Shown here in pieces: positions 41,793 through 55,063 of a stretch of 64,000 bases of DNA. The notes beneath the pieces are model-generated. The model ran no database searches, was not told the origin of the DNA, and saw only the letters and a program-made list of their open reading frames with translations. Source of the DNA: Eledone cirrhosa. Taxonomy: Eukaryota. Position numbers and translations under genes: made by a program. Positions within the stretch are counted from its first letter, which is position 1. Every line of letters begins with the position of its first letter. The stretch covers positions 157,046,001-157,110,000 of the forward strand of contig OZ024742.1 in assembly GCA_964016885.1 (NCBI GenBank). The letters run 5' to 3'.

Positions 41793-42299
41793 TATTTTAT
41801 ACTTTTTATTAATGGATTGGCTCAGATTTAGTAGATCCATGAATAAATACCTACGGCAGTAACAAAAACAAGATTATCAACAACATATTCGGATAACATA
41901 CCTATAATTTATTCAAGATATTCAAATTTAAAATGTAATATTGCAGTCAACTAATTGATAATCAAATGCATTGCTTTGTTCGAAAGAGATTCACTCAGTT
42001 TATCCAAGAAAAGTAACAGTATCTATTTTATACAAATGTAGAATTATGTCTAATTATATACTTTGTTTGTACCAAGAGGTAAATGCGTTAGTATATGTTG
42101 ATTTTATATTAACGATATGGTTAGTATATTATATATATGCCTATGTATTACTGTCGATTTTGAAAAGATACATGAATAACACTAAAACATAAACTGCGAG
42201 GTACACGTCGAAACACATATATTATAATTCATATAGGAAATAAATTTTGATAGACACCTATAGAATAAATAGCTGCTTAAAACGTTACTCTCCGTATCA

Positions 42300-43150
42300 A
42301 GAATAAAGAAGACGTGTTTCAAGAACTGGAAAGGGCTCTGGTCTACTGGACCACCAACCGTCTTTCTGTTTATCAGTATACACATGTCCAACGAACCTGG
42401 AACGATCTTCAGGCAGAGCAAGACTAGCTTAGACCAACACCATCCAGCTTGCCTCTGTTCCGCCTCACAGTCAAACAGCAGCAATTGGCTCGATTGGGTT
42501 CCCTCTTCATCAATCCGTACTCTTTTTTATGACGATTGCAGTCGCATCGGAGTAGCTAAACTCCTCTTCCTCCACTTGTGTGCGAAACATAAATGCTGTT
42601 CTTGAGTTGTCATCGATGAGTTCGGCCTCAATCCATTGTTATGTAACCAGACAGCTAGTCGTTTCCCCTGATATGCCACTCTCAACGACATAATAAGTAG
42701 TGTCAACGCAGCTATCTTTCCCTCATCTCATAACAGTAGCTTGTATGCCTCGACTGTAGCGACGGCAAGCGCTTTGATGGAATTATTATCTTCCCTTTCT
42801 AGGGTGTTATATCCCTCATCTTGGACGACACATGCTGTGGCATGTACTCCCACTCCAACGTAGTTGCTTTGGCCACACACCCCGGTACTGCAGCCCGCAA
42901 TGCAGAGGTCGGGGAAACAAACGATTATCGGAACTTGTCCGGTCGCTTCCTCTTTGCATCGGTCAACGTTTTAACCCCAGGTTTCCCCGAACCCCGGACA
43001 GCCGAATACCTCCGTGAAATCGGATCGATAGCAGCCAGTCTCAGGTAGGAGCCCTGTGAGGCTGAGTGGCAGTTGTAGCGTGTGTAGCTGGTCATTGTCG
43101 ACAGAAATGCCTTTGCCATGTTCTCCGTGGGGCGCAGCCGAAACATCACT
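42300..43150 (+). mobile_element. CRE-clade non-LTR retrotransposon 3' fragment (restriction-like endonuclease region)
   Basis: SNWLDWVPSSSIRTLFYDDCSRIGVA...CAKHKC; AARNAEVGETNDYRNLSGRFLFASVNVLTPG; EAEWQL*RV*LVIVDRNAFAM, similar to the CRE C-terminal QRISLAIQRGNA. Confidence 0.78.
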
Positions 43151-44857
43151 CTGACCTAGATGTAAAATATGTCACCCTCTCCTTTTCCACTTTCTTTCCT
43201 CATTTGTTTTAATAGTCTTCGCCTTTCCCCTCCATATTGAGCCTTTAACTTCCTATTGCTGCATAGGAGCCTTCACATGTTTATATACTTTGATAGTATT
43301 AAGAGACAATATCACTAAAATCGCAAGAATATTAGAAATTCTTGAAATTATGACTAAAATTGGCATGCCTTTGTAACCACGTCTGCTTAAGCAGAGTAGT
43401 AGGCTTGTATATACAGGAAGGCCTTCACCAGTTTACCTATGGTCGTATTCACGCAGCTCTACTATACATTTAAATAAAACATGATATGTATATTTATGAA
43501 TTTTTGTACATAGGAACACGCGCACTTACTCATGTAGGCACATAATAAAGCATTTAATAAAGCATTAGATGTGAATCTAATAGCAAAGACATACAACATG
43601 TATTCAAAAGATCGGAAATCATTGAATCTATATTTTGTAGAATTAATTAACGCGAATCACAAATTATTTATCAATGGTGTGAAGTACAGTGTTGTGTTTG
43701 AAATCTTAACTATCTGGAAATTTTAGCACTTATAAAAAATGTAATTTCTTAGAATACATATTGTAAATAGGGTACAGCTTTACTGAATGTAAAAGGACTA
43801 CGGTACGCGTTGTAGTGTTTCTTTATATCAAATATTTAAACAGTTCTATTCGATATGAAATTAACGTAATAATGCATGCAGTAAAAAAAAATAAATACAC
43901 CTATTTCCCTATATAATGAAACCCATTCTGGTTGAGTTTCCTTTGAGGCACTATATTTTATTTCAACAGATATTCCTTGTGATGAATTTACATTATATTT
44001 GGTAAACTAAAATTGCAGACACTTAAAAATTAGATGAAACTGGGAAGAATCGGATATTCTATTTCTACTTAATCTATTTCACGTTATTAAAAACAATATA
44101 ACTTAAAAAAATATATTCCGCTTGCTCCATTATTTGTGTGAAATATATCAGAGTGTGAGAGATAGGAGAGGAGATATTAAGTGTTTTAAAGAAAGGTGAT
44201 TGAAGCAAATGTCAAAATTCTGCTTGGACCCTAAATAATGTAGCTATTATGATATAAATACACAATTGAATATATTATGCTATTATTTCCTGGCGAATTC
44301 TGCAGCCCGAAAAGTGACATCACCCTCGTGCATGGTTTCAATTGTCATTCGTAGGATTTTTCAATGATGTGATATCTTTTATCTGGAAAAGAAAATAATG
44401 TTTAACATACCAGGTAGAGTCAATCTAAGTCGAACCAATCCAGTTATATAGATAATCGTAAAGACTGTTACATACGACCTGTGAGTACAGCTTATTGTAA
44501 ATATTGTTCTGGGATCAATAAAAGATAGTGTATATTAAATGGTTTTGTAAAGACGTAAATCATTGTACACTATCCCGTTGGATAAGAGAAAGAAATTATA
44601 TATCAAATTATTGCTTTGACAGATAGCGCAAGTTTAGTGGAAGACGATCTATCTATCATTCTAAAACTAAATTTCTAGTATAAACATGTAGGAAGAAGGG
44701 AATTGTATACTATCCAGGTGCAATCATAAATTCAGAAATATGAGACATCATTACAAATGGATTCAGTTGCTGATATTTCCATGTTTAAAAATACGTCATC
44801 CTATGTTAATCTGTTTATGAATTATCATTGCGGTAGCCATATTTATGCACAAATAAT

Positions 44858-45142
44858 TCTTTCTAATTTTAGCACAAGGCCAGAAAATACCCAGTGCATT
44901 ACTGGTACTTTATTTTATCTACCCCGTAAGGATGAAAGGCAAAGTTAACCTTGGCGGTGGATTGGCAGTATCGGTAAAGGGTCGGACGCCAGGCTTTGAC
45001 GCATAGAGTTACGGCCCTTGTCAATCTGAGTTCAAATCCCGCCGAGGTTAACTTTGCCTTTCATCCTTTCGGGGTCGATAAAATAAAGTACCAGTAATAC
45101 GCTGGGTAATTGCTGGCCTTGTGCCAAAAAGTAGAAACAATT
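44858..45142. mobile_element. Head-to-head SINE pair: inverted 3' half (44858-44955, minus) fused to a full copy (44952-45142, plus)
   Basis: Both halves match the SINE consensus; they overlap at cttggcgg. Confidence 0.9.
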
Positions 45143-46044
45143 TTATGCACATCTAATGTTTCCAAAACTTTGAAAAAACGCAAACTATATTTGTAAAAAG
45201 TGTACCTTAGCTGTTTATGGCCAGGGATTTGACGCGCAACAATTTAGCTGATATCCCCTTTAATGTATTACTATTTACTTCCAAATTGTTTAGCAAATAC
45301 TGATATATGACATAAAAAATCTGGGGGAACTGTGGGCTGATAGTGTTATCTTAAATAAGTATATATTTTGCGTCAACAAACATAAATAGCAGCGATCTAT
45401 TCACACCAAATCACCTCCATATATAGAGAGGAGTTCAGTACAAAGCATCTATGTACAATATGCTGCATTTTGATGTAAACAAATGTAACATATTTAGTAT
45501 TAGTTTAACAGGATATAGCAAAACATTCTAGGTTCTAATCTTCCGAATAATTATATGATTATTTGAAATCAATATATTATTTCGATATAAATTAGAGAAA
45601 AATCATACCTTGTATACAGAAATTTTAAGTGATAATGTTACTATATTGCTATGATTTTTATTTTAATGTAAATCAGTATTTATATGGTAACAATAATTTC
45701 ATATAGAGAGACAATGAATGCGTAGTGATTGTCACGTTGGTGTCAATTTATTAGTTTCATGGCAGTCTGTACAAAAATAATTTAAAGTTGATTGTTTTAA
45801 TATAAACGGAATTTTATTTTGTTATCTTTTATACATAAACAGTGTGCCAGCTACATATTACAGACTGATGCTATACAATGATGGAAATATTTATATAAAA
45901 AAGATATAGACATAGTTAAGCAATGAAAAAAACGGAGAAGGTGTAAAATGTGGCACATCGGGCTGTATACGAAAATAAAGGAATATAAATGCATAAATAA
46001 TAAAACAGAGGAAAGAGAGGCGGAGAGGGGGAGAACAATCTGCA

Positions 46045-47150
46045 CCTAGAACGGGGTGGTATTTTGGCTGCGCCTCACGGGCAAACGGCAAAGGCGTTTC
46101 CGCGAATATTGGCCAGAGACACACGCTGCCACAGCCACTCAACCTCGTGGGGTTCCTTCATCAGATGGGCTGCTGATATTCGGATGTTACGGTCCGAGCT
46201 CCGAGCAGGCCTGGGGTATCGACGGCAATCATTTCAAACAGGTACTACCGGAAAAACTCCGGTAATTCCTTGTGTTCCTCTCTTCTGAATTGCGGGCCGT
46301 GGTAACGGTGATTGGTGGTCGAAGCGACCAAGCTGGAGTCGGAGAACGTGTCCCAGCATGTGGCGTCCGAAATGAAGGATTTAGTTCGTACGATGGGAAG
46401 AGGGTAATTCTATCGAGGCGCTTGCCATTTCCGCGGTCAAGAATAGCTGGCACCAGTTGTAATGCAAAGCTAGCTGCATCCATATTCCTTCTCACTATGT
46501 CATTGTCAGTGGCATATCGCAGAAAATTATTTGCGATCTAGTGATATGACAGTGGGTGCAGGCCAAACACGTAAGGAGAAGCGCACAACAGTATTTATGT
46601 GGCTCACACACGCGGTGGTCGAGGATTTGGGCCACTCTAATGCATGTGCACTCCTCATCAAGAAGAGTACCGGTTGAAAAGGCGAACACCGAAATTAGCT
46701 ACGTACTTCTGTTTGGCTGCGAAGCGCATCTGAGTCAGTTGAGGCAATGTTGGTCCAAGCCATACTCGATCCGCCTTAAGGAAGCCCTTCACACTGGTAT
46801 CGTTCAAATTACATTTGCCCTTTGTATGCTGGGAGACAGATGGACTGTCAACTGTCCAACCGGCCAGAGTCAGCTCAAGTTCTAGGGCCACTTCAGGTAC
46901 CGTCATTTTTCTGAGCACGTCGCTGATGAGGGTGCGGCTGGTGGAAATTGAGGAGCGGTAGGCCAGCAGTGCCAGATCCAAAGTGGATCGGATGCCCACG
47001 CCACCGAATCTCCCTAGGATGTTTGCTTATTTGCAGTCGGCACTGTTGAATCTGTGATTGCAGATGAATTCTGCAGGTAGCGAATGATGGCGTCGACTTC
47101 ACGCAGGTCATCTAAATGAATGGGACGAGGCACGCTGCACAGAGCGAACG
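46045..47150 (-). mobile_element. CRE-clade non-LTR retrotransposon 3' fragment
   Basis: GIRSTLDLALLAY, GTLLDEECTCIRVAQILDHRVCEPHKYC, LDRGNGKRLDRITLFP (RPDG motif), DATCWDT, EVEWLWQRVSLANIRGNAFAV. Confidence 0.85.
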
Positions 47151-48525
47151 AAAATTTAGGAAGAGGTAATTAATGTTAGTCTGCACGTTCCTATAACTCC
47201 AATATATATATTTGCATTCTAATGTGTCTGTTAATCGGTTAACTATATGAGAAATGAACTGATACATTTGTAAAATGGAACCTAGTTTAGTGATAATCTA
47301 TTTTACAAATGCGCTTAAATATTTTCTGAGCAATTTTAAATCGAAATAGAATTTTGGTAGTAGTATATAGGAACTGATTTTATTATATATAGGGCTAAGT
47401 AGAAACAATACAAAAAAGTAGAAACAATATATATAGGGCTAGATGTAAATATGTGCAAATGATAAGTGACCAGTATATAAAAGGATATAATTTACATTCA
47501 CTGAAACTCACTATCAGAGATATAAATGCTATTAGAGAACAGAAACACTTACTTATTCAAAGAAGTATACATTTATGTTATTTCACATAAATACATGTAT
47601 TATAGAAATAGCAGTAAACTCGCATCATCCTTTAGTAGATCTTCATTCATACTAGATATATAAATGTAAGTGATATCACTTTCGAATCATATCCTTCATA
47701 TATGACCATTAAATTTCCGATTTATCCATCTAAACTAACAAGTTCTTTATTCTACGTTTGAAATCTACCATTATATCTCAGAAGAGAATTGGATTGATTC
47801 ATTTATGCAACAAACTTATTGCTCCCGTTCAAATAAGTATACTGAAGCTTTCTCATTTTCACAAAAATATATTTTCCAAATAGCTCTTCTAAGCTATTTT
47901 CGCAAATGTATCAAACACTTAAATGCCTAAATATTCATTCATAATGCAGCAAACAGTTTTATTGCATTCTCGACTGACAGTTCTACTCCATTAATATCTA
48001 GTGTTTCCTTATAATATCATATCACGCTTGAATCCCACAATGATATTCCAGATTCTTCACTGGGTAGGTGGAAGCTCCTTCCAGCACTCTATTTGATCTT
48101 TATTGTTCACAAGCCAATTCAAGATATTTACAAGAAAGCATTTCGATATTTTATGACATATTGTATCATTTTCTAGGGACGAGAGGTAGAGTGCCGGTGA
48201 GTGAAAATGACTAACGTGCAATATAGGATGTTTCGATTACATATTGATCTATCAGAATTAACACCATTGGAAAGGGATTGTAAATGGCATATTTTCTCGT
48301 TTTTTTACCTTGAATTATAATGTATTATTTCGATATATATATATGTGTGTGTGTATATGTGAGTGTGTATAAATGTATATATGTATGTACGAGGCCAAAA
48401 ATAGCGGTACAACAGTCTTATTAGAGGAAAGACATTTCTACGTGTGGGGTTTATACCCTTCTGCAGGAGTACAAATAGATACATGATCACAATGAAAAAT
48501 TTCAAATATACATATATATATACAT

Positions 48526-48570
<45 letters not shown>

Positions 48571-48598
48571 ACCAAAAGATGTTTAAAAGAGTTCCAAG

Positions 48599-48669
48599 TA
48601 TTTTATTATGCGCATTTCAAAAACAAATATCATCATGAGGTGATATCTGCGTTTTCATCAGATAAAATA
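48599..48669 (-). ncRNA. Type I hammerhead ribozyme (family B)
   Basis: Near-exact reverse complement of 50718-50788; sense to the PLE ORF. Confidence 0.85.
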
Positions 48670-50717
48670 GGGATACATGATATCAAGGTTAAAAAACACT
48701 TGTGACTAGTGAAGTTTTAAATCAACATATGAAAAATAATTTAAGATTGATGTGTGGAAAAATGATGATATGATATTTGGAATAAGCGAGGGGGGGGTAA
48801 GGCCGAGGAGGAGATGAGAGTAAAGAATGGTGGGGGAGCAGTACAAGAAGGAAGGATGAGAGAGGAGGAGAGATGGGTGATAGAGAGAGAGAGATAGCCT
48901 TTACAACTGAAAAAAAAATATATTGTCTCACAGAGAGAAGTTAAAAAGCCGTTGGAAGATAATAGATAATTTAAAAGAATTTGAAATTAAAATTTGATGA
49001 AGAGAAAAAGAGGTTAAGAATAATATTAAATTAAGGTTTGTATATTGAAGGGTTTAATAATATGTGCGAGGAAAAGAAATTGTTAATATGTATTATTAAA
49101 ATGAAAATATTAATGTTATTAAGGATATAATGTGAAAAGAAATAGAAGAGTGGATGAGTTATGAATTTAGAGAAATTAGTTAGTGTTTAAGTTTGTTTTT
49201 ATGTAATGTAATGTGTGTGCGTAATATATGTAAATAGCTTGTTTAAAAATTAGTGAAGAAAGCAAAGAAGAAAAGAATGTTTAAGGAAGAAAAAAATATC
49301 TAACATCAAAAAATATATATGTTTACGAAATATTTTCTAATGATAATAATATGATATATTAAAGGGAATTAGTTAGGGTTTAAGTTTGTTTTTATATATT
49401 GTAATATGTAATATGTAAAAGTCAAACGAGCATGAAAGGAAGAGATAAGGAATTTAAGGAAGAAAAATCTAACGTCAAAATATGTTTATGTTTACGAAGG
49501 ACTATTAAAGGTAATACTATAATGTATTTAAAATATAATAATAATTGTTATGGCCAATGATATGAAGAAAGATGGAAGAGTGGATATGTTGTGGGGAGTA
49601 ATAATAAGAATTGAGAAGTAGTTAGGAAGAAAAAGTACAGATAAGAGGTTAGAAATTAAAAAGAAAAAAGAAAAGGAAAGTGATAAAGAGGAATGATATG
49701 GAACGAGTAACTTGTATTATATAATATATAATAAATAATATTGAAATAAGGTAGAAAGATGGGTATATTTAAAAAAAATATGTATATAGCCTTTGAGAAA
49801 AAGGATTTTAAACTAGTTATTAGATATTAGCTGTATACTTTATGGAATGTTCTGTGGAATGTATGCAAGCAGAGAGAAGATAAATCAGTGCGTCTATTTA
49901 TTATAGAATCTAAATTAGATATAATAGTAAATTTCTCAGATAGGCAAAGATTACACGTTCTGGATAGGGAGGCATTCAAGTAGGGAGAGGCAGAACAAAA
50001 ATTCCTCCAAGAGATGTTATAGTTAATATTTTTGTCTTTCAAGGAACATATTAGTTCTGAGAGTGCCGTGTTAGTTCTTTTAAGTTAGTATCTAAAAGAC
50101 AAATTGTGATTATAAAATCTCGCTTTGAAGGAGGTGGAAGTGGAACCGAAATAGGTAAAGGATTTGGTATCATAGACTAAGTTTTTTTCAAGACAATGTT
50201 TATTGAGAGGACATTTAGTTTTAACAGGGCAATTACAATTGCGGTTAGAGAAATTAACAGAGTTATTAACAAGTGACCTAGAGTTGTTTATAGGAGGAAT
50301 TGGATTGGAGAAATTATTTACGATAGGAATAATAGTTTCCTGATTTAGATTGATATTATGAACATTCAACGAAGTTACGTTTGACGTCGTATTTGAGTTT
50401 GCAGAATCTAGCCTAGAGTTAACAATGACGTCAGGAGTACTACTGCTATTATTATGACACTCAGTGTTGGAAGGATGTGATTTAATATTTAATATTTTAT
50501 TGTTGTCTTTAGAGATAATGTTAGAGATGTTGGAGGAGGTGGAATAGGAAAATGTTATTGTATATTTGTTAAAGATTTTACTATAGATATGTGAGGGACG
50601 GAAGCATTTATCTAAGGCCCTAAAGAATAGTTTAGGAATATTATTATTAATAGAAATAGAGAAAGGAGCATTATACCAGATTTTATTTATTTTTTTAACC
50701 TTCATATCATGTATCCC

Positions 50718-50788
50718 TATTTTATCTGATGAAAACGCAGATATCATCTCATGATGATATTTGTTTTTGAAATGCGCATAATAAAATA
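50718..50788 (+). ncRNA. Type I hammerhead ribozyme (family B)
   Basis: Stem I tattttat/ataaaata; CTGATGA; long stem II cagatatcat/atgatatttg; GAAA-TGCGCA-TA (palindromic ATGCGCAT); AUA cleavage triplet. Confidence 0.87.
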
Positions 50789-52151
50789 CTTGGAACTCTT
50801 TTAACCATCTGTTGATCTTATATTATATATACTCCAGTCCTACAAACTGTAGAGTGCTACTTATCCGATATTTGCATTGCTTTATTGTGCTACAATAAAA
50901 CTCACCTCCTACATATATATATATATATATGGAATAAATACTTTATAATTATGTCAGAAAAATGTATAAAAAGTTTGTGAGTGTCTCTTTGTGATACCGT
51001 GATGTATGTACTAACCTGATATAAGTTAGCCCGTTCTGTATATGTTGAGATTGATTCATATGTTTGGATGTCGATTTTATTTTATTTGTTCTTTCGTATA
51101 TATTAAAACATTTATTACCAAATTATCAAAATTAATGTCACTGGTATCTGATTCAGACGATAATATATCGAAGTTACATAATATATCAGAAATGAGAAAT
51201 TTTAAATTCTATCAGTTATTATATTTTAAATAGATCTGCTCATAATGTAATAATCTAATCTATAATACCTAACGTATGCAATTGAAATGGATAAATTACT
51301 TGGCGATTAGTGTTTTCATGTATTACAGGGAGTCTGTCTATGTATTCTAACTCAGTATACTGCAATAATCCATACAAGCCTGTTTATTTTACAAATCATT
51401 TACAATTATATAGCACAAACATTCATCTGGCTTCAGTCCTGTTCGCTTTTAATTGCTCGTTGGCTGAGATGCATATTTCGGGAGAATCGTTGATTCTGTT
51501 TAATTGATAATTATTGATAATTACACTGTTTTGGTTTCAGTCGATTCTAATTTATTTAATCGTTATGTAGAAGTAGATTATTTCAATAGGATTGCTTAAG
51601 TCTAGGTTAGTTCTTAGTTGCAAGATATTTCCTTTTTTGATACAGATTATTGTGAGTTCAATGTAGTATAGTGCCAGTCATGCTCTGTTTACGAGTCAGA
51701 GAGGATAATTTAGAGTAATTTAAGCGTTAATTTAAGATGATCGACCTAATAAAATGTAGGTTGATATCAATTCTCTTTTCAGTTGTTGTTATATGGATTG
51801 AACTTGTTAATTGATGGTTGATTAAAATGTATGTACTTTGGGATAGTGATTGCATAACAGATTGTTAGTCTCTGCAGATGAAGGGAATATGCTGCAGCCT
51901 GCTGATCACGTCATTTGTGTGAGAATATTTAAAGTGAGTTTGGTTATTGCTATAGATGAGTGTGTCCGTTGTCTCTGCTTCTTGTCCAAGTATTTCTTCT
52001 TTTGAGCCCGCTATAGCTCCTTCCTCTCATCTCACGTCTATCTTGCCCCTCACTCCTCACTAACATAACACTGACATCGACTATGCAGCAACTAAATCAA
52101 CTATACTCCATACCACACACACACACACACGAATATATATGTGTATGTATG

Positions 52152-52199
<48 letters not shown>

Positions 52200-52254
52200 G
52201 ATGTGTGTGTGTGTGTGTGTGTAGATGTGTGTGTGTATGTATGTATCGATAGTC

Positions 52255-52352
52255 AATCGACTTTCGTCGAATCGGACCCAGGAAACAATGTGGCCGGGAA
52301 TCGAACTCACAACCTCAATCCAATTCTCTAACCACTCAGCCACGCCCTTTCG
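52255..52352 (-). mobile_element. tRNA-like SINE head (second family)
   Basis: Minus strand: ggcgTGGCTGAGTGGtta...GTTCGATTCCcgg (A and B boxes); no complete cloverleaf. Confidence 0.7.
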
Positions 52353-52424
52353 CGTCATGTATATATATATATTAATATATATTATACACACACACACACA
52401 CACTCATACATATACATATATATA

Positions 52425-52509
<85 letters not shown>

Positions 52510-52513
<4 letters not shown>

Positions 52514-52755
52514 AAAACGATAAATCAGTGATGCATCGGAACTCAATGTATTGTGTGTTACAATTATTTCCCCGGCGATCAGATCGAGGTGCGATCTGTG
52601 TGTGGATCGACCTGACTCTGGATTCACTGGTTCCTCGGACACGTCTATTGATTTGGGAGCATATCCTCTTTCTGGGGTTTCTGACCCTGCGGGTCTATAT
52701 CGTCCACCTTCATCCGCTTTGCTCGCCCTTGGGTTGGTCAGCCCACTGACCATCA
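52510..52755. repeat. Dispersed repeat; a diverged inverted copy lies at 54555-54780
   Basis: ggaaaacgataaatcagtgatgcatcg...gatcgacctgactct...gagcatatcctctttctggg...ccaccttcatccgctttgc matches the reverse complement of 54555-54780. Confidence 0.85.
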
Positions 52756-52859
52756 CACACTATCATGTCGGCAAAATTGCTGCTGTTTGCCAGCTCACAA
52801 TTCAACGCTCACACACACATGCACAGAGATACTGACAGATAAATACAGAATAGGTTGTA

Positions 52860-53925
52860 TTATATATGTATGTATACGTACATACATATATGTATACAGA
52901 CGTACATTAGTATGTATATATATACATGCACACATATCTATATGTACGTATGGATTCACCGAACATTTATTATAATGCTCGATATGTTGTAAACAAACAT
53001 CCCGAATTAAGCCGTACAGTGTCTAGCAACCATCGTTGCACATTTGTTCAACACTGACAAAGGAACGCTGTACTAGTTTCAAGCTTATTAGCTATCGTCA
53101 GTAACGTATACCTTCCTGCCAGATGATTGAACGTCTGAAAGTATATACTTTCCTTATGCATATTAACGGCCGAGCAGCCTAATTTGCATATCGAGTGAGT
53201 TAATCGGCCCGGCGCACTGAAAACGATAAACGGAAAAAATGAAACGAATTTTCATTTCTCTTAGTACGGCTGTTTCTTTAATGTAATTATGTGCGATGGT
53301 TGCTAGACACTGTACGGCGTAATTCGGGATGAGTGTTTAGAAACACACCAAGGATTATAATAAATGTTCGGTGAATCCATACGTACATATATATATATAT
53401 ATGTGTGCATGTACGTATATACATACTACTATACGTCTGTATATATATATGTATGTACGTATACATGCACGTATACATACTTATATTTAAGTAACAGCTG
53501 TACTAAGAGTGAGAAATGAAATTTCGTTTCATTTTTTTCCGTTTATCGTTTTTGGTGCGCCCGGCCGATTAACTCACTCGATATGCAAATTAGGCTGCTC
53601 AGCCGTTAATAAGCATAAGGAAAGTATATACTTTCAGACGTTCAATCATCTGGCAGGAAGGTATACGTTGCTGACGATAGCTAATAAGCTTGAAACTAGT
53701 ACAGCGTTCCTTTGTCAGTGTTGAACAAATGAGCAACGATGGTTGCTAGACACTGTACGGCTTAATTCGGGATGTTTGTTTACAAACACACCGACCATTA
53801 TAATAAATGTTCGGTGAATCCATACGTACATACATACTACTGTATGTACATATACAAACTTATATTTAAGTAACAGATGGTACTAAGCGTGTGAAATGAA
53901 ATTTCGTTTCATTTTTTCCGTTTAT
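52860..53925. mobile_element. ORF-less HHR-containing tandem + inverted repeat array (retrozyme-like, family E)
   Basis: Monomer 53480-53860 with partial head-to-tail neighbours (53295-53480, 53860-53923) and an inverted monomer (52860-53285). Confidence 0.8.
53665..53707 (+). ncRNA. Minimal type I hammerhead ribozyme (family E); inverted copy at 53065-53107
   Basis: acgttg-CTGACGA-tAGCTaataAGCTt-GAAAC-ta-GTA-cagcgt; 6-bp stem I; palindromic ACTAGT stem III. Confidence 0.88.
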
Positions 53926-53971
53926 ATATATATATGTATATATACACATCTACCCACACGCCCGCCCACAC

Positions 53972-54038
<67 letters not shown>

Positions 54039-54061
54039 TATGTATATATATTTATATATAT

Positions 54062-54110
<49 letters not shown>

Positions 54111-54882
54111 CATACATTTATATATATTTGTCCTCTACACGTGTGCATATACACAGGCACACAGACTCGCACATATATTCTTACTTATATGTATATATGT
54201 ATACATATGTGTATATGTATACATATGTATATGTGTATACATATGTATACATATGTATATACACACATCTACACACACATAAAACATATGCAAAATATAC
54301 ATATAAGAAAAGCTTATAAAGATACACATTGGGCTTTACATGCAAAAATGCACCTTGCTGTACCTGCTGACAGAGTTGATATGATGTTGCCAACGTGGAT
54401 TAATCCACGTATAGACACCTCAAGAAAGGCTATATATGGGGAGTTCATGGTATTAATGTAAAGGGTATGCCCAGACCGTATATAGAAAATGCATGTAGGA
54501 TATATAAATAAAAATGTATGCAGAATATATAAAAATTACATACATCTGAATTATCAACCCAAGGACGCGCAAAGCGGATGAAGGTGGACCATATAGAGCC
54601 GTAGTGTCAGAAATCCCAGAAAGAGGATATGCTCCGAAATCAATAGATGTGTCCAGGGAACCTGCGAGTCTAGAGTCAGGTCGATCTACACACATTTCGC
54701 ACCTCGAGCTGTTCGCTGGGAAAAAAATTCTAACACAATAAATTTAGTTGCGATGCATCACTGATTTTTCGTTTTCCATTCTATCGTAGGAGCATAGAGT
54801 GCTCAACCGGCATACCGCCTATGGAAGTATCTTAGCTACCATTAGACATATTAACAGTAATGATAATTTAGGCTAATAATTG

Positions 54883-55063
54883 ATTCTACTTTTGGCACAA
54901 GGCCAGCAAATATCCAGTACATTACTGCTACTTTATTGTATCTACGCCGTAAGGATTAAAGGCAAGGTTGATCTCGGTGGGATTTGAACTCAGAATATAA
55001 AGGGCCGTAACTCTATGCGTAAGCGCATGACGACCCACTTCCGATACTGCCAATCCACCGCCA
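54883..55063 (-). mobile_element. tRNA-derived SINE
   Basis: Reverse complement of 44952-45142, diverged. Confidence 0.88.

Larger units (their letters stand above)
48568..50913 (-). mobile_element. 5'-truncated Hydra-clade-like PLE (family B) with inverted pLTR end at the truncation point
   Basis: 49820-50695 encodes KIWYNAPFS, IFNKYTITFSYS, NCNCPVKTKCPLNKHC (CxCx5C), NLVY...YFGST...FKARFYNH, ISWR and CNLCLSEK. 48570-48697 and 50693-50820 are inverted repeats; (TA)n on both sides. Confidence 0.9.

Noticed and set aside
42300-47150. Two facing CRE fragments around the SINE palindrome as one large inverted structure
   Set aside because: The CRE copies are highly diverged and the intervening DNA is not symmetric; independent insertions are more likely.
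48400-48505. HHR-like ctgcaga-agggtataaacccc...gaaa on the minus strand
   Set aside because: The core is mismatched and stems I and III cannot be closed.
52255-52352. tRNA gene
   Set aside because: Only A and B boxes are present, without full acceptor and anticodon arms; this is a SINE head.
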